Shown here in pieces: positions 45,548 through 55,292 of a stretch of 64,000 nucleotides of DNA; within the stretch, counting starts at the first letter, position 1; the number at the start of each line of letters is the position of its first letter. This DNA is from an uncultured Chloroflexia bacterium (GTDB lineage: Bacteria > Chloroflexota > Limnocylindria > Limnocylindrales > CSP1-4): positions 128,001 to 192,000 of the forward strand of contig CAWHXD010000006.1 in the NCBI GenBank assembly GCA_963833225.1. The letters are read 5' to 3'. The translations under genes were made by a program, and so were the position numbers. Below the pieces are notes generated by a model that saw only the letters and a program-made list of their open reading frames with translations, made no database searches and was not told the origin of the DNA.

Positions 45548-46728
45548 CGGAGGGGTGCGTACCCCGTGAGCTCCACGTAGGCCTGGCCGCCCACCGAAGT
45601 GCCGTCGCGCGTCGCGACGACGACCTGTGAGCCCTCCCAGTACACGACGCCGGTGGTTGCCCTGGTGTCGAGCTCCTGCTGCGACACCGTCGGGGAGAGG
45701 CGGATCTCGAGTCCCTCGCCCGGCAGGCTGATCGTCCACGCGGCGGGGTAGCCGGCGCCGGTCCCGGGACTCGTCCAGTGGTCCGTGACCTCGATCGCGA
45801 AGTCCGACGCATCGAGGTGGCGGGTGGCACCGTCCGGCTGGACCAGCGTGCCGTACGCCAGCGGATACGTGCCGTCGGCCGCCCGCACCAGCGACAGGGT
45901 GAGGTCGCTGCCGTCGTCGAGGTTGACCGCGAACCAGTCCCACCCGCCGCCGCCAACCGAGATGAAGTCGCCCCACTGGTGGTCGAACCAGGCATCGCCC
46001 ACCACGTCGAGCGTCTCGGACCCCAGGGTCACCGTGCCGGTCGCGTCCATCGCCGTGCGCGAGTAGTAGTAGGAGCCGCCTGCGGGCCCGAAGTCGATGA
46101 AGCCGTCCGTGTCATGGAGCGCGGGCGGCTTGGTTGCGCGCAGCCGCAGGTCCAGCCCGAACCCTGGCACCGGGTCTCCGGACACCTCGCCGCCTGTCGC
46201 GGCCGCGATCAGCGCGTCGGACCCGTTGCCCCCGGCCATGGTCCATGGGACCCCCGGCAGGCGCGTCGGATCCGTCGGGTTGAAGCCGCTGACCACGAAG
46301 GCGAAGCCCGTCGGATCGCCGCCCGCGTCGCGCGGCGACTGGTCCACGCTGGGTCCGATCTCGGCCCGCTGTGCATAGTGGAACCCGCCGCCCGTCTCGT
46401 CGGTCAGCGCGAGGTGCGAGGCCCAGGTCACCGGAAACCCGCCGCGCTCGGCTCGGAACACGACGTACTCGAAGCCGAACCGGGATCCGTCGCCGGCACG
46501 GAGATGCCCGGTGTCGTACCACCACTCGGTGAGCCGGTCGTGCGGCCCGTCGTCGCGCGGGAGCTCGACGGGCTGGGGATCGGGGAGGCGCGGCGCAAGC
46601 GACGGCGGGGCCGCCTGGGCCGGCCGGGCCGCCGGGGGGTTGGCGAGCACGGGCCCGCCGCACGCCGCGACGACGATCGCGAGGACGACCGGCAGGGCGG
46701 GAACCATCGAGACCGAGCGGGATCTCAT
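45544..46728 (-). CDS. AttH/CrtC-like lipocalin-fold lipoprotein
   Basis: Lipobox VVAAC; H...TEWWY.TGHL, SYYYS, AWFDHQW, GWDWF, YWEG, YVELTGY. Confidence 0.85.
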   Translation of the reverse strand: MRSRSVSMVPALPVVLAIVVAACGGPVLANPPAARPAQAAPPSLAPRLPDPQPVELPRDDGPHDRLTEWWYDTGHLRAGDGSRFGFEYVVFRAERGGFPVTWASHLALTDETGGGFHYAQRAEIGPSVDQSPRDAGGDPTGFAFVVSGFNPTDPTRLPGVPWTMAGGNGSDALIAAATGGEVSGDPVPGFGLDLRLRATKPPALHDTDGFIDFGPAGGSYYYSRTAMDATGTVTLGSETLDVVGDAWFDHQWGDFISVGGGGWDWFAVNLDDGSDLTLSLVRAADGTYPLAYGTLVQPDGATRHLDASDFAIEVTDHWTSPGTGAGYPAAWTISLPGEGLEIRLSPTVSQQELDTRATTGVVYWEGSQVVVATRDGTSVGGQAYVELTGYAPLR

Positions 46729-48992
46729 CGCGCCGCAGCCTCCGCCTCGGCCTCGGTGCGCGGAAGGACGCCCCGCAAGGCGCGGTCAAGGCGACCCGGC
46801 ACCCACCAGTTCCACTTGCCGAGCAGCCGCATCGTGGCGGGCACGAGCAGCGCCCGGACCACGGTCGCGTCGAGGGCCACCGCGATCGCCACGCCGAGAC
46901 CAAGCGCCTTGATCAGCACGATGTCGGCGAAGGCGAACGATCCGGCCACCACGACGACGACCAGGGCCGCGGAGCTCACGATCCGGCCGCTCCGCTCGAG
47001 GCCACGAGCCACCGCCTCGGTGTTGTCACCGGTCCGGTCCCAGACCTCCTTCATGCGCGAGAGCAGGAAGACCTCGTAGTCCATCGACAGCCCGAACAGG
47101 ACGCAGAACAGGATCACCGGCTGCGTGGTCTCCACGAAGCCCAGCGGCTGAAACCCGAGCGGCGCGGACAGGTTGCCGTCCTGGAAGATCCACACCAGCG
47201 CCCCGAAGGAGGCGGCGATCGAGAGGGTGTTCATCACCAGCGCCTTGATCGGCAGCACCAGGGATCGCAACAGCACGAACAGGACGAGGAAGGTGGTCAG
47301 GACGATGAACAACGCGGTCCGCGGAAAGTCCGCCCAGACCCGCGAGACCACGTCGTCCACATCGGCTGCCCCGCCGCCGACCAGAATGGTGAACCCGGCT
47401 GGCGGGGCCAGCGGGCCGGCCGGGTTGCGGAGCTCGCCGACCAGCGCCCGGGACGCATCGTTGTTGGGTCCAACAGGCGTGTACACGGTGAGCGCCGTCA
47501 GGTTGCCGCGGGTTGTGGACTCCAGCGCGCTGCTGACGACCCGGTCGGGCGGTCCACCCGGCGACGCATACAGGAGCTGGTACTGCGCCAGCGTGATCCG
47601 CGGGTCGAGGTCCACGATGCCCGACACGCGGCTGACGCGCGGGTCTGCGGCCAGCCGGCGCGAATACTCGTACAGCGCGGCGACGTTCTCCGGCGTGGTT
47701 GCGCTGCCCCGGGTGCGCACCGCGATCACGAGCGGCGCAAACTCGCCCTCGCCGAACTCCCGGACCAAAACGTCGTACGCCTCGCGGGATGGGACCGATG
47801 GCGGGAGGATCGTCGCGTCGGGCGCGTTGAACCGGACGTGCAGGAACGGGGTCCCCAGGACGAGCAGCAGGCCCAGGGTCGGGATGAGCACCGCGACCGG
47901 GTGGCGCATCACGCGCCGGGCAAGGCGGGCCCACGGCCCATCGGCACCGGGCTCGACGGTCACCTTCCGGACGCTCCAGCGGTCGATCCGCGTGCCCAGG
48001 ATCGCCAGGATCGCCGGCAGCAGGGTCAGGGCCGCCGCGACCGCGAGACCGACCACGATCGCGCCCGCGATGCCGACCGAGCGCAGGATCATGAACTCGA
48101 ACAGGACGAGGCCCAGGAGGCCCAGGAGCACGGTGAGCCCCGAGAAGAACACCGCTCGCCCGGCCGTCGCGACCGTCACCCGGACCGCCTCCGCGACCCG
48201 GTCCGGACCCTGCCGGTGGGCCAGCTCCTCGCGGAACCGGCTGGTCATCAGCAGCGAGTAGTCCACTCCCAGGCCGAGGCCAAGAAGCGTGGCCAGGTTG
48301 AGCACGAAGATGCTCATCGGCGTCACCGACGCCACAGCGTAGATCCCCGCCAGCGCGACCAGGACGCTCGCACCGCCGACCGCGAGCGGGACACCGGCCG
48401 CCACCACGCCGCCGAACACGAGCAGCAGTGCCAGCGCCGCCAGCGGCAGGGAGATCAACTCGCTGCGCCGGAGATCGCTCTCGGTCACGTCCTGGACGTC
48501 GCCGTAGAACGCCGGGCCGCCGCCGATCTGGACGCGCAGGCCGGGCACCTCGTGCAGCGCAGCGGCGACGGGCGGGATGGCATCGGGGGAGTCGTCGGGA
48601 GGGAGGTCGAGGAACACGATGTCGTAGGCCGTGTGACCGTCGGCGCTCACCTGGCGCGGCGCAAGCACGTGCGACAGGATCCGGGTCACGTGCGGCGCTC
48701 CGGACACGTCGCGGGTCGCCTCGTTCACCGCCGCGATCCACGTCGGCGTCCCGGCGCTGAGCGTGTCGGAGGTGTACACCAGCACGAACGCCGACGGCTC
48801 GACACCGAGCTCCTCGGCGAGGACCTGCTTGGCCCGCGCGCTCTCGAGATCGTCAAGGATGAACCCGCCCGCGGACAGGGCCCCGGGTGCCTGCGGGGCG
48901 AACGGGAGGGCGGCAAGGAGGAGGACGGCCCACGACGTCACGATCCACCACCGGCGGCGGACGGCAAACCGGCCGATACGATCGAAGCTCAT
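46725..48992 (-). CDS. MMPL (RND) family transporter
   Basis: LGLGLGVDYSL..SRFREE, TAGRAVFFSG, FGLSMDYEVFLLSR.KE, LDATVVR. Confidence 0.93.
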   Translation of the reverse strand: MSFDRIGRFAVRRRWWIVTSWAVLLLAALPFAPQAPGALSAGGFILDDLESARAKQVLAEELGVEPSAFVLVYTSDTLSAGTPTWIAAVNEATRDVSGAPHVTRILSHVLAPRQVSADGHTAYDIVFLDLPPDDSPDAIPPVAAALHEVPGLRVQIGGGPAFYGDVQDVTESDLRRSELISLPLAALALLLVFGGVVAAGVPLAVGGASVLVALAGIYAVASVTPMSIFVLNLATLLGLGLGVDYSLLMTSRFREELAHRQGPDRVAEAVRVTVATAGRAVFFSGLTVLLGLLGLVLFEFMILRSVGIAGAIVVGLAVAAALTLLPAILAILGTRIDRWSVRKVTVEPGADGPWARLARRVMRHPVAVLIPTLGLLLVLGTPFLHVRFNAPDATILPPSVPSREAYDVLVREFGEGEFAPLVIAVRTRGSATTPENVAALYEYSRRLAADPRVSRVSGIVDLDPRITLAQYQLLYASPGGPPDRVVSSALESTTRGNLTALTVYTPVGPNNDASRALVGELRNPAGPLAPPAGFTILVGGGAADVDDVVSRVWADFPRTALFIVLTTFLVLFVLLRSLVLPIKALVMNTLSIAASFGALVWIFQDGNLSAPLGFQPLGFVETTQPVILFCVLFGLSMDYEVFLLSRMKEVWDRTGDNTEAVARGLERSGRIVSSAALVVVVVAGSFAFADIVLIKALGLGVAIAVALDATVVRALLVPATMRLLGKWNWWVPGRLDRALRGVLPRTEAEAEAAAR

Positions 48993-49206
48993 ACGCGATC
49001 CCGTTCGGGGCAGGCCCGGCACCGGATGGCCCCACGGCACCGCGGGTTGAACGTGCTCATAGTCGGTAGCATGTTATGAGGGATCGACCGTCCGTGCCGG
49101 GCGGCACGGGTGCGGGGTTTCGAACGGCCCGCGCCGTTCTGCTAGGATCGTGCGGCCGCGCCCGGCGCGGCGCCCAGACGCCACCCCCCGTCCGAGGGAT
49201 GCCCGC

Positions 49207-49542
49207 GTGACCATCTTCACGATCTGGTTCCAGAACTTCCCGAACAACTTCGTCATCTTCCTGGCCGCAACTGCGCTCGCGGGCGGCTTTGTCTACACGT
49301 TCGCGCGATCCGCGATGGTGGCCGAGGGCGGACGCCGGGGCTGGTCCCGGCGTGTCACCGGCCCCAACTCCCGCCTGGTGTTCGCCGTGCTGTTCGTGGC
49401 CTGGGCCGTGGTCTTCGGCGTCGGGCTGCAGCTGGTCCCGCACGAGGGCGCGAGCTCGCCGTACGGCGGCATCGGCCTGATCGCGATGTTCAGCGGCTTC
49501 TTTATCATGATGGGCCTGATCTGGAGCGTGATCGGCGAGTAG
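49207..49542 (+). CDS. Small membrane protein (3 TM)
   Basis: GAGG SD before GTG; hydrophobic ORF followed by hairpin. Confidence 0.6.
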   Translation: MTIFTIWFQNFPNNFVIFLAATALAGGFVYTFARSAMVAEGGRRGWSRRVTGPNSRLVFAVLFVAWAVVFGVGLQLVPHEGASSPYGGIGLIAMFSGFFIMMGLIWSVIGE

Positions 49543-49570
49543 GCCGGCGCTGCAGGTCGACAGGCGCACG

Positions 49571-49596
49571 GAAGCCCGGCCAGCAGGCCGGGCTTC
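49571..49596. terminator. Hairpin between convergent genes
   Basis: GAAGCCCGGCC-AGCA-GGCCGGGCTTC perfect 11-bp stem. Confidence 0.65.
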
Positions 49597-49615
49597 GCGA
49601 TTCCTTGGCCCGGCG

Positions 49616-50254
49616 TCAGGGCAGCTGCTCGAGGATGCCCTTCGCGACGGCGTCGGTCGCCAGCAGGATCAGGTACGCGGTGTCGCCCTTGACGTAGACC
49701 CATTCGCCGAACCCGCCACCGCCGGCGGTGTAGACCTTCTTGCCGGCGATCGTGTCCTCGGTCATGTCGGTCGTGTCGACGCTCATCGCCGACAGAACGT
49801 CCTCCGCGTTCACGCCCTCGATCTGGACCGCGTAGATCAGGGCGCCGACGTCGCTGCCCTCGGAGGCGGCGATGGCGAAGTTGACGTCGTTGAGCGTCTT
49901 GCCGTTGGCGGTGAGGATCGGCTCGAGGGCGTCACCGCTGAGCCCCGCCGCGGCGCCAAGGATGCCCAGCTGGTCACCGTCGTAGCCGGTCCGCTGGAAC
50001 GTGACGTCGCCCACCTTCTCAGGGAGCGTCGATGCGAGGTTGTTCAGCTGGCCGTCGTTGCTGCCGCTGTCATCGGTCGGTGCCTCGGTGGCCGCGGGTT
50101 CCTGGGTGGCCGCCACCGTCGCCGCGGGTTCCGTGGTCGGCGCGACCGTCCCCTGGCCTCCGGTGGCCGCCGGGCTGGCGGCCGATCCTCCGCAGGCGGC
50201 GAGGACGAGCGACAGGCTCAGGGCGCCCACGATCAGGCGTCGATCGTTCGTCAT
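49616..50254 (-). CDS. Hypothetical lipoprotein
   Basis: AAGGAG SD; lipobox LAAC; Ala/Thr/Pro linker then globular domain. Confidence 0.75.
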   Translation of the reverse strand: MTNDRRLIVGALSLSLVLAACGGSAASPAATGGQGTVAPTTEPAATVAATQEPAATEAPTDDSGSNDGQLNNLASTLPEKVGDVTFQRTGYDGDQLGILGAAAGLSGDALEPILTANGKTLNDVNFAIAASEGSDVGALIYAVQIEGVNAEDVLSAMSVDTTDMTEDTIAGKKVYTAGGGGFGEWVYVKGDTAYLILLATDAVAKGILEQLP

Positions 50255-50453
50255 CGGACTGGTGCTCCTTTCGCCGGTGGCACGCGGAGCCGTCCAAGCG
50301 GACCCCCGGATGCCGATGCGGCGCGCGCACCGTAGCGGCCGCACCCAGTCGTGGTCAAGCCAGTGGATCGCATCGGCGTGGTCCCCGCAGTGCCGTGGAC
50401 GCTGGCCGGCCCCTCCGCTATGATTCGCGGTCCATACAGGGTGCATAGAATTT

Positions 50454-51992
50454 ATGCGTCCGGCCGGTGGCGGCGATGACCGGCAGGGCGGACACCGGGA
50501 GGTTCGGCAGGTGGTGGAGCAGGTGAACGGATCCGGCGACGAGACCGCGGTCGAGACGACGTGGGTCAACCAGCGGGATCCGGCGAAGCGGCTCGGCCCC
50601 GATGGGAAGCCGGCGGTGAGCCGCCGCGCCCCGATGTGGGCCGACACGCCCGATGAGAAGTGGAACGACTGGAAGTGGCAGCTCTCCCACCGGGTCAACG
50701 ATCTCGAGGATTTCGAGCAGATCCTGGAGCTGACCGACGAGGAGCGCGAGGGCCTGTCCGCGCCGGACAAGTTCAGGGTCGATGTCACCCCCTACTTCGC
50801 CAGCCTGATGGATCCGAAGGATCCGAATGATCCGATCCGGCGCCAGATCATCCCGCTGGGCCGCGAGCTGCGGTCGTTCACCGGGATGATGGAGGACTCG
50901 CTCGCCGAGGACCGCCACTCGCCCGTCCCGGGGCTGGTGCACCGCTACCCGGATCGCGTCCTGATGCTGATCACGACCCAGTGCGCGGTCTACTGCCGGT
51001 ACTGCACGCGCTCCCGGATCGTGGGTGACCCGACCCAGAACTTCAATCGCAAGGAGCACGAGGCCCAGCTCGAGTACATCCGCAACAACCCCCAGATCCG
51101 CGACGTGCTGATCTCGGGCGGTGATGGCCTCACGCTGGCGCCCAAGCTGCTGGAGTCCGCCCTGCGCGGCCTGCGCGACATCCCGCACGTCGAGATCATC
51201 CGCATCGGGTCGCGGGTGCCGGTGTTCCTGCCGCAGCGGATCGACGACGAGCTGTGCGAGATGCTCGCCAAGTACCACCCGCTGTGGCTGAACATCCACG
51301 TGAACCACCCCAACGAGATCACCCCCGAGCTGGCTCGTGCGTGCGACAAGCTGTCCCGCGCTGGCATCCCGCTGGGCAACCAGTCCGTCCTGCTGGCGGG
51401 GGTGAACGACTGCGTCCACACCCAGCGCGAGCTGGTCCAGCGCCTGGTGGAGAACCGGGTCCGGCCGTACTACATCTACCAGTGCGACCTGGTGGAAGGC
51501 GCCGGCCACTTCCGGACGCCGGTGGGCAAGGGGCTCGAGATCATCGAGGGGCTGCGCGGCCACACGTCGGGCTACGCGGTTCCCCAGTTCATCGTTGACG
51601 CGCCGGGCGGCGGCGGCAAGATCCCGGTCATGCCCAACTACCTGGTCTCGTACTCGGACCACAAGGTGATCCTTCGCAACTACGAGGGCTACATCACCAC
51701 CTACGAGGAGCCCACGGAGTACCAGCCACACGATTCCTCGACCTGCCGGTATTGCCAGAACCCGCGGCCCGAGCCGGGCCAGGAGGGGATCACCGGCCTG
51801 CTCGACGGCAAGAAGATGTGGATCGAGCCGACGGGGTTCCAGCAGGTGCACGATCGCGGCGCGACCGGCACGCACCGGCTCAAGGACCCCTCCAAGTGGG
51901 TACCGCTGGGCGTCGGTGCGATCGAGGGGTCGGCCACCGAGTCGACACGCGAGCTGCCCGTCCTCGAATCCGGTGACGCACCCGCCGAGTAG
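50454..51992 (+). CDS. kamA: Lysine 2,3-aminomutase (KamA-like radical SAM/PLP enzyme); start uncertain
   Basis: WNDWKWQL, PGLVHRYPDRVL, CAVYCRYC, ISGGD, NQSVLL.GVND, PGGGGKIP, LRNYEG. Confidence 0.88.
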   Translation: MRPAGGGDDRQGGHREVRQVVEQVNGSGDETAVETTWVNQRDPAKRLGPDGKPAVSRRAPMWADTPDEKWNDWKWQLSHRVNDLEDFEQILELTDEEREGLSAPDKFRVDVTPYFASLMDPKDPNDPIRRQIIPLGRELRSFTGMMEDSLAEDRHSPVPGLVHRYPDRVLMLITTQCAVYCRYCTRSRIVGDPTQNFNRKEHEAQLEYIRNNPQIRDVLISGGDGLTLAPKLLESALRGLRDIPHVEIIRIGSRVPVFLPQRIDDELCEMLAKYHPLWLNIHVNHPNEITPELARACDKLSRAGIPLGNQSVLLAGVNDCVHTQRELVQRLVENRVRPYYIYQCDLVEGAGHFRTPVGKGLEIIEGLRGHTSGYAVPQFIVDAPGGGGKIPVMPNYLVSYSDHKVILRNYEGYITTYEEPTEYQPHDSSTCRYCQNPRPEPGQEGITGLLDGKKMWIEPTGFQQVHDRGATGTHRLKDPSKWVPLGVGAIEGSATESTRELPVLESGDAPAE

Positions 51993-52056
51993 ATCGAAAG
52001 GGGAGGTGGAGGACGCGGCTTTCCGGCCGCGGCGGTGCCCTGCCGCGGCGGTGCCC

Positions 52057-52305
52057 GACGGCCGCTTCGGCCCACGCCGCCGCGCTGCCCGACGGCCGGG
52101 TTGCCCTGACGGCCGCTTCGGCCCACGCCGCCGCGCTGCCCGATGGCCGGGTTGCCCTGACGGCCGCTTCGGCCCACGCCGCCGCGCTGCCCGATGGCCG
52201 GGTTGCCCTGACGGCCGCTTCGGCCCACGCCGCCGCGCTGCCCGATGGCCGGGTTGCCCTGACGGCCGCTTCGGCCCACGCCGCCGCGCTGCCCGATGGC
52301 CGGGT
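52057..52305. repeat. 51-bp tandem repeat, ~4.9 copies
   Basis: GACGGCCGCTTCGGCCCACGCCGCCGCGCTGCCCGAYGGCCGGGTTGCCCT at 52057, 52108, 52159, 52210 and 52261 (partial). Confidence 0.95.
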
Positions 52306-52646
52306 CGGCCAGCCGCCGAGTCGCCCTGTCGCTCGCTTCACCCTGCCGCCAGGCTCGTCGGCCTTCGCTGGGAGTGAACGCTTTGCCGTCGAGGCAGGTT
52401 GTGGCGGCTTCCTCGCACGCCGGCGTTGACTCCGGGTGGCCGAGCGCTGCCCAGGCCGAGCCCAGAGCCACCTTCGGGCCGAAAGTGTTCACTCAGGGTC
52501 AGCGCCGCTGGGCCCGCGGCCGGTGGCGCCGCAGCCTGAACAAGCCGCACGCGTCCAGCGCGCCGCCCGATGCACGCGTCCAGCGCGCCGCCCGCTGCGC
52601 CCGCGTCGACGGGCGGCTCCCGGGTCGGGCCTACAATCGGCGAGCC

Positions 52647-53336
52647 ATGACGGAACGCGACGATCCCCGGCCGCCCGCGAAACGAAAGAAGCCACCCATT
52701 GGCCAGTCGATCGGAGGCGTGCTGTTCGGGTTCGAGCAGCAGGTGTGGCGCAACCAGCCGCCGCCCCACGAGCTTGTCCACCAGGCGCGGCCGGACGACC
52801 CGGTGCCCGCCGGTGACGGCAGCTTCCTGACGCTGGAGCTGCCGCCCACGATGAGCCTGCACCACGACGAGCCAGGGGGACCAACCATCGTGCCCGAGCT
52901 CGACCCCGGCGCCGTCGGCCGCCGCCAGCTTCCCGCCGGGTTCCCCGGCGACCTTCCGCGACCACCGGTCGTCGCCGAGCCCGGCGACCCGTTCAGCTCA
53001 CTTCGCGTGATTGACACCATCGCGCGCATGGACCGGGGGCGCACCATCCGGATGGACGACCTTGTCGACCGCCTCAACGCGACGCACCTCGACTGGCTGT
53101 TCACGCGACAGGTGGTGGTGGACGTGCTGGTCTCGCTCCAGGCGAACTGGATGGCCGACTACCGGAACAGCTCCGGGATCGTGCTCGACGACAGCGACCG
53201 GGGCCCCGTCGTGACCCTGGAGGACTCGCCGCGCGTGGACCCGTGGCTTACCCAGCAGGCGCAGCGCCACGCCCAGAGCTGCCGCGAGGCGCTCGATGCC
53301 TTTGCCCGACGGGACAGTCCCTACGCGTCGGGCTGA
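52647..53336 (+). CDS. Hypothetical protein (may be two genes read through in frame)
   Basis: TACAAT 9 nt before ATG; coding-like composition; possible internal start near 52851. Confidence 0.6.
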   Translation: MTERDDPRPPAKRKKPPIGQSIGGVLFGFEQQVWRNQPPPHELVHQARPDDPVPAGDGSFLTLELPPTMSLHHDEPGGPTIVPELDPGAVGRRQLPAGFPGDLPRPPVVAEPGDPFSSLRVIDTIARMDRGRTIRMDDLVDRLNATHLDWLFTRQVVVDVLVSLQANWMADYRNSSGIVLDDSDRGPVVTLEDSPRVDPWLTQQAQRHAQSCREALDAFARRDSPYASG

Positions 53337-53340
53337 CGAC

Positions 53341-54045
53341 GTGGACGGCGGCCCCGGCCCCGGCCCCGCGCGGAGCACGCCAGGGCGAGGCGAGCCCGAG
53401 GTTGCCCTCTACGCTCCGGTCAAGGCGTTGCTCGAGGCGCAGGGCTACGAGGTCAAGGGCGAGGTCCTGGGCTGCGATGTCGTCGGTGTCCGCGGGGAGG
53501 AGCCGCCGGTGATCGTGGAGCTCAAGCGCTCGTTCTCGCTGGCGCTGGCGCTCCAGGGCATCGACCGGCTCTCCGTCAGCGACATCGTGTATCTCGCGGT
53601 CGGAGCGTGGCCGAGGCAACCCGCGGACGTGCGGCGGCTGTGCCGGCGGCTCGGGCTGGGCCTGATCGTGGTCACCGGCGGACGCGCCGACGTGCTGGAG
53701 GACCCGGTTCCGTACCGCCCCAGAAAGGACGTCCGACGACGCTCCCGGCTCCTGCGGGAGCACCAGCGGCGGGTCGGCGACCCGACGCCCGGCGGCGCCA
53801 ACCGGCAGCCCGTGATGACCGCGTATCGGCAGCAGGCCCTGCGCTGCGCCCGGCTCCTCGAGGCAGGCCCCATGCGCGTCCGCGATGTGAGGACGCAGGC
53901 GGACGCACCCGGAGCCGGCTCCATCCTGCGCGACGACGTCTACGGCTGGTTCGAGCGCGTCGAGCGCGGCACCTATCGCCTGACGCCAAACGGCCGGCTG
54001 GCGGTCAGCGCGGACCGGGAGCTGGATCCGGGCGCCGCCCCATGA
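53341..54045 (+). CDS. DUF2161 family putative PD-(D/E)XK protein
   Basis: LYAPVK..LE.QGYEVKGEV..CDVV, VELK, LCRRLGLG, MTAYRQQAL, YGWFERV.RG.Y.LT. Confidence 0.85.
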   Translation: MDGGPGPGPARSTPGRGEPEVALYAPVKALLEAQGYEVKGEVLGCDVVGVRGEEPPVIVELKRSFSLALALQGIDRLSVSDIVYLAVGAWPRQPADVRRLCRRLGLGLIVVTGGRADVLEDPVPYRPRKDVRRRSRLLREHQRRVGDPTPGGANRQPVMTAYRQQALRCARLLEAGPMRVRDVRTQADAPGAGSILRDDVYGWFERVERGTYRLTPNGRLAVSADRELDPGAAP

Positions 54046-55234
54046 GCGCCGGGCCGCCGCCCGCGCGCGGGCCCCGTCCGTAGCGCGCCATGACGTCGAG
54101 CAGGCGATCGTGGTCCAGGGCGTGGGCGGTGATCCCGTCACGCCCGGTCATCGTCTGCGCTGCCAGCAGCGCGTTGACCACCGCCGCCTCGACCGCTTCG
54201 ACGGCCGCCTGGAACAGCGGCGACATCGCCTTGTCGACGACCATCCGTGCCTCGATGGTCCGCCTCGCATCCTTCTCCGTCCCGGATGCCCCGAGGGCGC
54301 GGTTGCCGGTGGCGAACGCGATGAACAGGTCGCCCGACCCGTGTGAGGCAATGGATCCCATGCGCGCCAGCCCCAGGCCGGCCCGCTGGGCCAGGCGCTC
54401 GCACTGGTGCGGGAGCAATGGTGCGTCCGTCGCCAGGACCACGATGATCGAGCCGCCGCCCGGGCCCTGGCGCCCCGCCATGCCGGGGGCCGCGTCCGAG
54501 CTCGCCGCGTCGAGGGCGTCCACCTGGTCCCACGCGCTCGGCACCTCGGTGACAGGGATCTCCTGGCCCACCGGCACACCGTCAACCCGGAGCAGGTCGC
54601 GCGAGCCGTAGTTGCCCTGGACCAGCGCCCCCACGGTCCAGCCGCCATCGGCGTCCGGCACCCGGCGAGAGGCCGTCCCGATGCCGCCCTTGAACTCGTG
54701 AAGGATCATCCCCGTGCCGCCGCCCACATTGCCTTCCGCGACGGGGCCGCCCGTTGCGGATGTGATCGCGGCGTCGACGTGCGCCGACCGCACGTGGAAC
54801 CCATCGATGTCGTTGAGCGCGCCGTCGTACGTCTCGCCCACCACCGGCAGCGAGTGGAACACGCCCTTGCCGTCGTTCACGTGCGCAGCGTGGGCCACCA
54901 GGGCATCACGGACGACCCCCACGCTGTGGGTGTTGGTGATGCCGATCACGCCACCCAGGAGGCCGGACTCTCGGATCCACTCAAGCCCCGTCAGCTCGCC
55001 GTTTCCATTGAGCCGATGGCAACCCGCAAACAGCGGCTCCGTCCAGACCGCGTCCTCGTGCGGGACGACGATCGTGACCCCCGTGCGGACAGGCCCCTCG
55101 CCGACGACCAGGGGCCCGTCGCCACTGATCAGCGTCGTGTGACCCACCAGCACGCCCGGTACATCCGTGATCGCGTCGTGCTGACCGGCCTCGAGCAGAC
55201 CGATCCTCAGGCCAAGCTCCCGAGCGCGCATCAC
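54005..55234 (-). CDS. DmpA/P1 family (S58) aminopeptidase
   Basis: DAITDVPGVLVGH, VRTGVT, NGNGELTG, EGNVGGGTGM, GSIIVVLATDAP autocleavage motif, SGD. Confidence 0.92.
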   Translation of the reverse strand: MMRARELGLRIGLLEAGQHDAITDVPGVLVGHTTLISGDGPLVVGEGPVRTGVTIVVPHEDAVWTEPLFAGCHRLNGNGELTGLEWIRESGLLGGVIGITNTHSVGVVRDALVAHAAHVNDGKGVFHSLPVVGETYDGALNDIDGFHVRSAHVDAAITSATGGPVAEGNVGGGTGMILHEFKGGIGTASRRVPDADGGWTVGALVQGNYGSRDLLRVDGVPVGQEIPVTEVPSAWDQVDALDAASSDAAPGMAGRQGPGGGSIIVVLATDAPLLPHQCERLAQRAGLGLARMGSIASHGSGDLFIAFATGNRALGASGTEKDARRTIEARMVVDKAMSPLFQAAVEAVEAAVVNALLAAQTMTGRDGITAHALDHDRLLDVMARYGRGPRAGGGPALMGRRPDPAPGPR

Positions 55235-55292
55235 ACCTCCTGATGCCCCCGAGCGGGTGCCCGTCCGGGGAAACGCGTCCTATCATCGCCCA

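Noticed and set aside
50454-51992. EpmB (EF-P modification enzyme)
   Set aside because: Longer than EpmB, with a KamA-type C-terminus, and no efp/epmA nearby.
52057-52305. CRISPR array
   Set aside because: Units are contiguous and near-identical with no unique spacers; no cas genes in the window.
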